From Bugula neritina (lineage: Eukaryota > Animalia > Bryozoa), in assembly GCA_964035545.1 (NCBI GenBank), contig OZ037768.1:8092741-8156740 (forward strand): 64,000 nucleotides of DNA, in the 5' to 3' direction. Both the position numbers and the translations under genes were made by a program. Positions 25,124 through 37,500 of this stretch are shown in pieces (position 1 is the first letter of the stretch; every line of letters starts with the position of its first letter). The notes below the pieces were generated by a model. The model was given only the letters and a program-made list of their open reading frames with translations. It made no database searches and was not told the DNA's origin.

Positions 25124-28100
25124 GGTACATATATATATATATTACTAAGAAAAGCTTTGCTATGACATACTAATTAAAGGAAGTTTTACAGACATTTTAG
25201 TTTCAAGATATATTTTCAGTAATATAAAATATATGGAATTTTCTTTTATCTAAAATTTAAACAAAATTTTAACGTGCCTAGAGTATTGCCAAAATAGTAA
25301 CAAGCATCATTCGCTTTAACTGTTCGTGAATTCTGATAAATAAGCATGCACTGTGATTTGTGAGAATTACAAGATCCATTGTAACAGAAAGCCTTATCTT
25401 CATTAAAACATGGGAGACCATTTGGTTGGTGAAAATCTGGAGGACACCATTCAGACCGACCATCACATGTCTCCTCTACATCACAGTATTCGTTGCTTTT
25501 CTTCCGGCAGACATATTCACTTGATCTAATCTTACAAGTTTTCTGCGTACAGCAAGCGCCTAGAAATAGAAAACTTGATATATAATTTTAGTTCCAGCCC
25601 TGACTATCATATTATCATGATGCAAATTCTGGTTTAAAACAACATAAATTTTGCTTTATGGTAAAAAAATCATCGATGAAAAAGTTTATAGAAAACATTG
25701 AATATCTTGGCAAAATTGCTAACAAATAAAAGTTAGATTTTAAATCTTAGCAAATAGTATGTATCTTTCTAATTTGTATTATTATTTGGAGTTATCAAAT
25801 TCAGCACTGTTATCACTCAGTTATTGAGCTGTGTGTGGCAGCAGCTGAGCGTAGCAAGCAAGAAAAGTCAACAATGATCAATATAAGTTTAATAATACCA
25901 CGAGTTTCAAATTTGAAAGCATTATCAGCACAAGAGCAAAATTTATTAGAAAACCAATGTGTTTGAACATAATACATATTGTCCTGAAGTCGCATTTATT
26001 TAGTTGATTATAGGAACATTTATTACAGATTAAAGGAAGTGTGTCAGGAATGATAACTGACAAGAAGTACGAGAAAATGCTGTTTAAAACTCGATAAAAA
26101 GAAATTTTAAATAAAATAGGTAAAGCTTACCTGTAGCGCAGCTGGCATTGCTAAAGAGTCTACAAGTGTTAGGATTGCAGCATTTACTGTTGCAGGTTGT
26201 TGGAGATCCACAATCACATTCCTCTCCTAAACAAAATGTGCTATAGTAATTTAAAAAAAAAAAAAAATTTATATATATTTAATGATTGCAGAATTTACCC
26301 AAATATTACATTACACTACTTATTAACTTTCCTTCTTATTATTTTGATGATAAAACTTTTTTTGTCTTTACAGAAAGTTTGAAACTTATTGACTATAATC
26401 ATTGCAGAAATTTGTGTCATTTAGGAATGCATAGTTGTGTTGTGTAAGATGACCAATATTACTCAATGTAAAAAGTTATTTATGTATAATTTGACTTGAC
26501 ATAATACATTCGTAAAAGTCATTTTCATTTCTACGTTCAGCAAATTTAAAAACTATTATCAAAATAAAAAGAGAGCAATTAAAGTAGCTAGCAATTTCAT
26601 AGACTGTAGAAGCTTTTTAGTTCAAGTTATGTGTGATAATTTGATTAGCCAGTTTAGTTGCCTAATTATGAGTATTTTTATGTCAATTCTAATAATTGTC
26701 TATAGAAAAGCAAGTTGCTTCATATATACTACACCTTCATCTAAAACTTTGTTTCCACAAAAGGATTTCTGCACACCAGATAAAGTTATATAAGTTTTTG
26801 GTTTGTCATTTAAACAATCGGGCAGAGTCTTTAAATCTATTAAGGAGCAGTTTGACCATTTCTCTGTAGGCCACAATTTTATTGGATCTACAATGAATGA
26901 TATGTCTTATAATAGTTTCATACCGTTACTCTTATATGCTCATTCACTTAAGGTCTTATGAATACAATTAAAATATATTAATCATATATATTATGAGGCA
27001 AAGTTATTCTGTAAGGTTATCAAAATTATTTTAAACCTCAATTTCCCTTCTCACTCAATGATATTGCAAACAAATTTGATGATTACCATACTGTAAAGAC
27101 ATTTACCTAAGCCTGAATTCATAATACAGCTTGTTCGGTCCGGCTCGTTGGGATACTCGCAAGTACAGCTGGTGTAGAATGGGTGATTATTGCTGTGAAA
27201 AAGTCCAAGGACATGTCCTAACTCGTGAGTAAGAACATACCCTACATGAAAACTATCTCGATGATGAGCCCAGGCTAAGGCGTTCCTAGAACATACAGCA
27301 CCTGTTAAACCTTGACCCAAGGTTGTGTAAAACTTTTTATTCGTGAAGATTACAATGGCATCGTTCGCCTGCAACCAGGGATGTGTGCTTTGGTATGTTT
27401 TAAATTGTGACCGGAAATGCTCTGCATAATATTCCATTTCTTTTACATTGGCTATCTTATGAAAGAACCTGTCTCCTTTATCCCACACTTCAACTCCAAC
27501 TAACACCACCTGAATATTAACTTTGTTGTAATATACATTAGCAATTCTAATGCTCGAAATTGCTAGTTCAACACTTCTCCTTATGGATGAGCTTAGATAT
27601 TGATATAGGCTATTGTCAACTATTATAAATAGCTCTACATATCTAAATGTTTTATCTATTTTTTTATCATTTTGTGACAATATTGACCTTCTCTTAAATC
27701 TTGTTGTGAGTCTCAAGTTAAAGTTTCCTTTAACCTGTTTGAGTTTAGTCAGAACTTGGCAATCGTCACTAGTCTCAGATTGAATACTTGCAACCGAATC
27801 GGCTACTTTTACTTCTCCATTCACACCACTACACAACTTTAAATAAACTTCCGAATGTTCATATCCCAAGATTTCTCCAGTGAAATAGCAGCCTTCTTGG
27901 ATAAAATCGTGAAAGCTTTCTGGCAATTCAGTTTTGTTAGAATATCGTACTGCGAAGCTTGCAGCTATGATTGGTTGAAACATTCTAAGTTTCAATGTCA
28001 TTGGATGAATACCAGCTCCAGATACTAGCATGTGTATCACAGTAGTCTCTGTAATCTCTTGCTTTATAACTTTTGTAAAATCATTGATGTCTTTGCAAGT

Positions 28101-28253
28101 AGCAAAGGCGTTCCGATAAAGACTGCTTGGCTTTAATATCCTTATTGTTACTGCATACTCACTTACAGAGTTGTTTTGGTAAGCATTAATTAAACATTTG
28201 ATGTGAGTTAAAACTACATACATTTTCAATACATAGAAACTAGATAATAACAT
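21916..28253 (-). CDS. ADAM-like gene D, catalytically competent, membrane-anchored, ~768 aa, no EGF domain
   Basis: Exons 28253-27107, 26887-26735, 26226-26131, 25559-25278, 24669-24445, 23888-23635, 22947-22857, 21974-21916 (2307 nt, in frame; intron 4 has a GC donor). RFKRR furin site, intact [11 protein letters not shown] (27195-27227), CIM Met-turn, [49 protein letters not shown] followed by RYKKYK. Confidence 0.92.
22250..22800. repeat. 13-bp minisatellite (gttacatgtgtgt)n grading into (GT)n/(gtgtgcaa)n
   Basis: Directly visible in the last intron of gene D. Confidence 0.97.
23923..24100. repeat. (CACACACG)n/(CA)n microsatellite
   Basis: Directly visible in intron 5 of gene D. Confidence 0.97.
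25065..25142. repeat. (TA)n microsatellite
   Basis: Directly visible in intron 4 of gene D. Confidence 0.95.
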
Positions 28254-29069
28254 TGTTATGTATATACTATAACTTACAAACTGTGATAGTCAGTTTATTG
28301 GAAATTTATGCTGTGCTAGCAACAATGGTCAGGATGAATTTATAAGCACTTTTTGTTAAGATGAGTCAAATTATCTATACAATATTTACAAAGTAAATCA
28401 CAAGGCAGCAGATAAAACAGTTATGTGAATAAAAATTCTTAAAAAAACTAATTTTATAAGCAGCTAATTTCTAATATTTCTCTAGCAACCTACTTTTTTT
28501 CACACGCTCATTACATGCTTAAACTAGAAAATTAGGCTCCCAGCTTATATATACCAACAAACAACTCTAAAAATTTGTGTATACATTTAGTTTGTTTTGA
28601 CACTAGAAAAAATAGTGTAAGATTACACCACAATTTCTCAGCAGTAACATGAAGTGCCAAATTGTGATGAAATTGCTCCTTCTTTTATCTCATATGCTCA
28701 CAACATAGTAAATTTAATATTTCTTTTTACTATGCTCATAAAGATCATAATTTACACATCTGCATATCCTTTTCATACCCCCCCCTCTCCTATTTTACAA
28801 GTGTAAATGACAAGTCATGAAGGTATAAATCAGCCCAACAGCCGCTACAATCAAACATAATAAGCGCAAAAGCCTGTGTACCAAACTTGTGTGTGTGATG
28901 GTGGACACTAAACACTTGTTTGATTGTTGTAATGAGCAATAATCATCGAGCAGGTGAAGAATATTTACAAGAGTTATGTAAACAATCATTTTGGCATGCT
29001 AAATGTATACATATATCAAAGCTAGTGTGATTTTGTTTGAAAAACATCTAATATAACTGATTAATAAAT
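28254..29069. promoter_or_regulatory. Divergent (head-to-head) promoter region of ADAM genes D and E
   Basis: 816 bp between the opposed ATGs. TATAAA on the - strand at 28339-28344 with an adjacent AP-1 consensus TGAGTCA (28362-28368); TATAAA on the + strand at ~28824. Confidence 0.55.
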
Positions 29070-32000
29070 ATGAAGTCATTACTGCTATTGAAACATATTG
29101 TAATTTTCTTTGAGTTGCAATTCGTACAAGGCAGCTTGAGTAGAACAGCAGAAAATTCAACTATTGAAAGCATACATGACGTCAACATAAAAGTGTTCAT
29201 CAAGAAACAGCCAAACAAAAAAGAGACAATTCTTGTGACAACAAAGAAAGATGTAGAGGAGTTAAAGGAAGCTATAGCTGACAGCAAAGTTCCATTGACT
29301 ATGTTGATCTATGGAAGTGAAATTCCAGCAATCACATTAAAACTATTCAAAAGACAGGAGCAATATTTTATTGCTGATTTACCTGTTAAATATGCTAACA
29401 AAACATCTCCAATACAAGACCTATTAAATCTGACTCTGGATGATTGTGTTTTTATTGGAAAAGTTGAAGGGGATAAGAATTCAGAAGCTGAAATTAATTT
29501 ATGTGATGGTGTAAGTGGAAAACTTAGTTATGCAAATAGTTCTGTTGACATTGACTTTTGGTCTGTAAATTTGCAATCTAAACTTGGCTTCCATCTAAAG
29601 TATAGCAAAACTAGAGAATCGTCAGATGAGAGAAATGGAATGAGATTCAAAAGAGAGCTTGTATTTCCAAGCACTGCCAAAGAATTGAAAAAGTTTAAGA
29701 GGTACATAGAGCTGTATATAAGCATAGATCATAGCCTGTACACATCATTAAACTCATCCATTCAGAGCAGTATCAGAAGAGCTCTGAGGATAACCAACGA
29801 GGTCAACAGCTTTTTTACCCAATTTAATATATTTGTAGTTTTAATCGGTATAGAAATCTGGGATACGGCAGAGAGAATTGTGTACGAAACTGATTCAAAC
29901 TCTGTTAATAGTAAGTGGTTGCTAGGGCAGTTTACAAAATATAGAAAAAAGCATATATGGATGCAATACAATGATGTTTCTGCGCTCATCACAAACAGAC
30001 AAGTTGAAAATGCTAAGGACGGTCACCATGGGGCCATCTGTTCTACAGTGAACTCAACTATGGTCATTTCTGACTTCGGCACAGCTGCTACAGCCGCACG
30101 AATGGCCAACCGGCTTGGTAATCTCTTGGGGCTACCTCATATTGACCAAAATCTCAACAATAAATGTGGATGTGTCAAAAACTCTTGCATAATGAGCTTT
30201 CCTTTTGGTAATTCATTTTTATATATTATCAGCCACTTTACATAATGTAACAGTAGTTTAACGTAGGCATTTTAAACTCATGAATTTTGTATGTAAATAA
30301 AAATACCTATAAAACTTGATATTCTTTGCGCTACTTCAAAGATTTTTCGCTACATTTTTAATTGTAATCTGTTTTGATTTCAAGGTAGAAAAACTTTTTA
30401 AACAACATAATGTTAATTGTTACCAGAAACATAACATTATATAGTATAATATTTTGGTTCATGTATTCATGTAAGGATAAATTTATAGATGACTCAGGAA
30501 ATATTTGGACTTGGTCTCCGTGCTCAACCAGGTCTTTGATACTCAACTTCGAAAACACCGACTACCCTTATTGCTTACTGGACAAGCCACGAAAAATTCA
30601 GCTAGCAAATCAAATATACCGTCCCAATTGTGGAAACAGCATCGTAGAAGAAGGTTTCATCTATTTCAAATAATTAAGAAATAAACCCACTTTAAATTAT
30701 TTAGCACTGTTACAACTGATAGAGAGTGGTTTTACAAATTACATTCTAATATGATAGCATAGGGATGTTGTGGTTTGAGTCCCTATACGTAAGGTAAATT
30801 AGTTGTAGCACTAATGTAGCATGTAGAACAATACTAATACAACTATAATATTGGTGTCAATAGCATTAATTGCACACACTATAATATAACCACAAAAACA
30901 GCAAGCTAACTAAGAACATGCAAAGTGATTTTTTTAAATTTTCAATAAATTATTCAAGATTTTATAGTATTTACAAATTTTTTCTTAAATTAGCTGCAAC
31001 AGCTGACCATCAACTGCTAAAACCTTTGTAGGTGAAGATTGCGACTGTGGACCTGAAGGTCACTGCCAAAATAAATGTTGTAATCCTAGAAACTGCAAGC
31101 TCGAAAGACGAGCTTTGTGCGCTACAGGTAGATACCTCTGTGATATCTCAGTTATAACCGTATATGGGATGTACCTTAGTCATGAGTGCAGATTGAATCT
31201 ATAATTTTTAGTTTTGCCATCAAATCATTGTTGCTTTAAAATTATTAGTTTACTTATAGAAATTATTACTACTGCATTTCCAAGCTTTGCATTATTCGAA
31301 TAGATTTTTTCATATGATCTGCAGGGTTGTGTTGTGACCTTGAAACCTGCTCTTTCAAAGTGAGAGGTAAACTTTGCCGTGCAAGTCGCCACATGACTTG
31401 TGACATAGCAGAGGAATGTGATGGTTTGTCTGAATGGTGCCCTCCAGATTCTCATCAACCAAATGGTTTCTCATGTTTTAATAAAGGAAACTCTTACTGT
31501 TACGATGGATTTTGTAATTCCCACAAATTGCAGTGTACAAGGATATTTGGTGGTGAAACGCCAAATGGGCATGAAATGTGCTACAGCTTTTTAAACTGGA
31601 TTGGTAATTTGCAGTATAAATAGTCTTGAGGTTTTATAGTATCTTTATAGCTTACGGTAATAAAACATGTCTGATTTTGAAGATAAACTAAAATGTCAAT
31701 ATTGAAAAAAATATAGCATCTCTTTCTTGAGTTTTATTTTTATTTATGTGTTTTGTAAAATCAACTCAAATGTAGCCTACTTAATACACTTTGAGTTGTG
31801 CATATTTTACTCAAATTTCTTAAAGATGAATTTTCACACCAAGCTTTTTTTAGTAAATGTAAAGTTTCAAAAGTTCAAGTTAGTGCTTTATTTTTAATTA
31901 TATTGAGTTAATTTTGGTGCTCCGTAAATTATTTTATACACAGTCTAATTAGTATGCTATATAAGACAGCTATAGTGTAGGGGTTAAAATATTGGCATAG

Positions 32001-33166
32001 AAAGATACACTTGCTGAATTTTAAGCCTGCATTCCATCTAAGGCCATTAGTTGTGTCATGAAAATAATGTGCATATATAAGTCATGCTACATCAAACCCC
32101 TACAACTATGTTACTAACGTGACTCAATGCACAGCCCTTAACCCCTTATATCATATGTTTTTACAAGAATCTTTACACATTTCAGCATCTGTTACAAGAA
32201 TACAAAAATGTATTGCTTAGGTTCAGAAAATGGCAACTGTGGCTGGAAAAAAGCTCCCCTTGAGCCTATCGACACCATCGGAAGAGAGTATATACCCTGT
32301 TTACAGAATAAGGATACTCAATGCGGATTGTTGCATTGTGGTCCAGGCCGTAGCAGTAACTCACCACCCACTGACCTGCAGCAGATTATTCTAAAATCAA
32401 GTGAGGTCAACGTTTATGGTCACATCTGCAGACAGGTTATTTTTGATGCTGGTAAGAAAAATTGTTTAGTTATAGATTATTTAGCAGCTAGAAGGTTAGT
32501 AACTTTGCTTCTTTTAAACTGTAACTACTTATTATTGTAGGTTAAATTAAAATTGCCTAAACTAGTACAAATAAAAAATGCATTTCTTATAAAGTAAAAA
32601 AGTGTAATACTTCAACATTTTGTGTTCTTTAAACATTAAGGGCCTGTTCTATAAACATTGAAGGCGTAGCTGATGTATATATTGTTATGCAATTTTAGTT
32701 ATATTAGCTATGCTACTCCATTTATATGTCTATACCTAAGTGTTGAAGTGAAGAGTGTATGCCAGCCCTAGTGTGCTTGTATCACATATATTGCATTGCA
32801 AAACTTTCTGGCAGAATCGTGAATTCACTTTTGATGCTAGTTCAGTTACATGCTCAGTGCAAATGAACTTTTTGCCTATTTCATCAAGAGTTCTTATTTT
32901 TAGACTTGTAAGGAATCTATGAAATAGGTTTTTGCTAAAGTTAATATTACACCATGCCTCATTACTTGTGGTTGCATTACAATTATGGCTTTATTTATTG
33001 CATCTTAAACTTTTTGGCTATATTTCTAGCTCAACCTCATATTTTTAAAAGCTATTGTTTCTATTTTACAGAGAATTCAGAGCTCGATTTAAGCCAAGTT
33101 CCAAATGGTGCCAGATGTGGAACCAGAAGAATGTGTGTAAACTCCAAATGTGTTGATATTACCTAA
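29070..33166 (+). CDS. ADAM-like gene E, catalytically dead, ends after the Cys-rich domain (predicted secreted), ~667 aa
   Basis: Exons 29070-30207, 30489-30653, 31032-31127, 31325-31603, 32221-32451, 33072-33166 (2004 nt, in frame). Signal peptide, RFKR, VLIGIEIWD, zinc motif replaced by NRLGNLLGLPH (30108-30140), CIM, CGN/GEDCDCG, CRASRHMTCDIAEECDG, ...CVNSKCVDIT*. Confidence 0.9.
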
Positions 33167-34554
33167 CACACCAGAGAGAAATTATTTATTAAAACTAATC
33201 AAAGTACAGCACAATATTATAATATAGTAAGCATGCTAGCATAATGAGATGAATTATAAAATGCAATTGAAAATTCATGATGTAAGAAACTATTATTTAT
33301 AACATGCAGTTTTCATTTAATATATTAACTAATTATTGTTCCTTTTATTTCAGAAGTTTGCTTTTCTAATACTGTTATGTGGTAAGATCACAACATTATG
33401 CTGTCAAACTGCTATTCTTTTGACATTGAAACAAAATATATGAACTACAATAAAACATCAAACAAAAAATAGTACGACATATAAGTGATAAAGCAAAGTT
33501 GAGGAAAATTTGTATTAATAATATTATATAAGATACCATAGCACAAAGACTAAAACTAAATGCATGAAATAAGTTGCATAGTGACATCATAATAGGTTTG
33601 TGTAGTGACATCATAGGTTTGTAAAATGACAAGGTCTACATGCAGCTTGGGCTCGAAGAAATAAAAGTCTAGCAGACTGGTCTCAGTTCATGTATAATTT
33701 TACTCACAGTGACAGAAAATTCAGGAATTTAACATGGACAACTATTATTCAGTTAAGGAAGTAAACTTAGTGCATAAAAATTGTAAAATACTAATATATA
33801 GGCTAGTGCAAAGTGTGCAATCTTTTTCCCAGTACCTTGACAAATTTATAATGGTGGCATATCTTATATTTAAACACAGCTGATGCATAAAAATTAATTG
33901 ATTAAAAGTAATTTTAAACTTAATAAGATACATACATATGTAAGTGTGCTTGCATGTGATATTTTATTGAACTTAGTTTTTAAAAAGATGATAACTCCTC
34001 ATCAATTTGTACATTACTTGATGTCTACTAGTTCTCTATGGTAACTCACATACAAAGTATATAAGTAATCTAGTGACTTTGTGAATTAGTGTTGTTGGTT
34101 AGTCAAATTGAATTTAGTGTGATTTATAGCAGTTTGTTGAATAAAATTTGAATTCATAATAAAACTAAATATATTGTATGCAAAACAATATTACAGCATC
34201 ATGTAATACGAAATTATGATACGTGAGTTTACATACAGCAAACTTATTTATATTACTTTGCATTTCTAACATATAGGCTATTTATAAAATGCATTATTAG
34301 ATTGTATGATTGCACATTTGTGCAAAATGTTGTTCTTTTAAAAATTGACCCTGTCTGCTGCTAAAATAACTTCCAAAAAAGCTTTAACACTGGTTATTAA
34401 AAAATAATATAATATTTCGTGTAAATATCAGCAACCAATGTCAATTTATCGATACACTCACAATAGCAATACTAGGTATTTGTAAAATCTAGCAAAAGTA
34501 CACAATTTAATAAATATTTTTTAACTTATTTCTACTTTCATTTAGTTGCCTATC

Positions 34555-37500
34555 TTAGACTTTTACCATGTTTAACTGTCTGCCCTTCAAACCAGTAGTT
34601 GAATTCTGGGCCAGATATGTTATGGCGCTGCTTTTTTTATTCCTGTTTATGTATTGGCACTGAAACTTCAGTATTCTTATAAAAGTCTTCTTGAATTCCT
34701 TATTCCATGTAGCGTATATAATTGGGTTCAACAAGGAGTTGCAATACCCCAACCAGAACACAATGTCAAAGATTACACTTGGTATCCTGCAGATCTCACA
34801 GAGAGAGCCTACAAGCAGAACATTATTGAAACAGTTTTAGTGGAGGTTTGTGACAATCCAATCACATTATTGAAATATTTAAATACAATAGTGGAGAAAT
34901 TTTAGTAGCCAAAATTCTTCTAATAATTTTTGGTTTGGAGAGCATGGGTTGAAGTAAATTCTAGAAAGTAACGTCTTTAGCTACATTTCTCAATCTTGAT
35001 TTAGCTCAACTCTTAATTTCTTCATTGCTAAACCTGCTTTTAATCATTTTTTGGACAACAATATTGAGAATAGCAATCAGTAGTGGATAATTACCTAATG
35101 GAAGAATGATGAAAAATGGAAACCAGCACACAAAGAAAACTCCAACGACTATACCAAGAGTCTTGGCTGCTCTTTTTTCGTTGTTGAACTTAGCAATTTT
35201 TGAGCCAATAATCAATTGCCTTCCCAAGATTTTTAGTTTATTAGAGCCAGCTGGCTTTGGTTTGTCACAAAGCATTTGTTCTGTTGAAAGCCTTTTTATA
35301 TTAGTGTTTGTGAAACTATATTCTAGGTTAGCCTTAGTTGAATTCTCAGTTGGTTGCAGAAGAGGGTCGACTGAAGACTGTTCAGTAGCTCTATCTCTCG
35401 AGTCTTTTGAGTCTTTGTGTGCATTTAAATTTCTTCTACTGACAGCTCTGAGAGTCACTGGTCTATCTTCTGTGCTAGGCAATCGGCTTTTTATTAATTT
35501 AGCTTTTTTGAAACCAGTTTTCAGAAAGTTTACTTGTATCTTAGCTTCTTGGTAAATTCGACAATATATTACGGTTATTATTATAGACGGAATGTAAAAG
35601 CTTCCCAATGTACTGAAGATAACATAGGCTGGCTTAATGGTCACATGACAAGAAGTAGGAGATCTCTGTGGGTCTCTCCAGCCAATCACAGGTCCTATAG
35701 ATATTACCAGAGAAGCTAACCAAAGACAAGCTATTATGTATATAGCTCTTCTTCTAGTCATGATTGTCTACAAACATGCAAATCGTATATAATCAGTTAG
35801 ATGAAAAATATAAGATTTTGATTTTGTAATAAACTCATCTTAGGGTAATTCAAAAATTTAGTTGTAAGTTTTACTAAAAATAGAATTACAAATCTTCAAT
35901 TAACACTTGAATCATATACAAATTATGCCTGTACCTGATAGAATGTGCTTATTTTTAAATATTAATAAAAATATGTTGGATGGTTGCAGCAAAATCTATT
36001 TATAAACAAAGGATATTATAAGAATTTTGGTCCAGAAATAATGGATCTTAAAATTTAGGGTTATCAAAGTAAAAGTTAAATGTGTGAGCTAATTATTTTT
36101 GCTATTGATTCCTACACAGTGCCGAAACTTTGTAAGTTTTAACATTAATGTCATTCAGTCATTTAAACTTGCATGTGTGACGCACTGAATAAATGCAGTT
36201 TATCTTCATATGAACATCCATTCATATGTTATAAAAGATGCATACAACATCAATGGTCAGAAAAGAAGTTTAATACCATATCAATTCGTATTGATCTGTA
36301 GTTGTGATACAGTTATAAAACAAGAATAATACTAGTTGTACGGTTAGGCCTTCCAACTATTAGAAAATTCTGCATGGCATAGACTGCTGAGGTTAAATTA
36401 TTCATTAAATTGTAAGTTGTATTATTGTTAGTCAGTTGCATTAATAATTATTATTCAAGTTATAATTAGGTTAGCATTCATCAGAAGGTATAAACTGAGA
36501 AACTAGCTTGTGTGTGCGAGTGTGCGAGTGTGCGTGTGTGTGTTATTTAAAAAAACTAGATTTATATAGAAAAAATCAGTTGGTTAGAAATAAGCAAAGA
36601 ATTTAAACTTCTGTACTTGTTTGATCTCTATAATGTTAATATTTAGGATATATTTAAATTCGTAACCATCCTTGAAAGCATAGAATTGTGTGTTTTCCCA
36701 CATATTCAAAATACATTGAACAGTGCTGAGTATATTTAACATAAGTACAGAACAAATGCCTCATATACAAAATGAAGTGATGACATGACCATGTATTAAC
36801 TTGAACGCTTCATTTAACCTTTGCAGCTACTTCAGCCATCACATCAGCATTATGTACTTAATAAATATTATGGCCTTCTTTCAATTGGCTTATATACTCT
36901 AATATAGAAACATTGAATACTGTATATATATATTATAAACTACCACTGAACTGAAACTATAGGGGGTTATAATTCAATGTAAACTAACTTGTATTTACAA
37001 CTGTATTGATAAGTTTATGGAACTAAATTGGCTTTATTACTACAATATGAGCTTATACACAGTAATTTCTAATGTTTACCCTATTGGTAGACTCAAAATA
37101 CACATCCTAATTGGCTCACATATACTACTCAATCAGAGAGTCCAAACCTAATTTCTATTAGTTCAACTAATATTGATTATATTGAGACTACAATATAGTC
37201 AGTAGAACTCAATAGTTCAATTTTGGTGTACAGAGCTCACATGTCGTCAAGTTTTGTTTTGCCAACTGCACCATGTACACAATACACATGCATTTAAGGT
37301 TGTTCATCATATAAAAACTTTCAAAGGTGTTCATAGCTGTTGGACCTATAAATACCGAAATAAATTTTTGCAAGCCACATCCTTATTTGTTATATTCTAA
37401 ATAAGCAGCTAGTTTTGGCAACTAACATAAAGATAATTATAAAACTTGAGCCTTTTTTTAGAAGTATGAAGGTTATGTACATGGGATATGAGACCTAACA

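Noticed and set aside
35106-35555. 149-aa + strand ORF
   Set aside because: Antisense shadow of GPCR exon 2.
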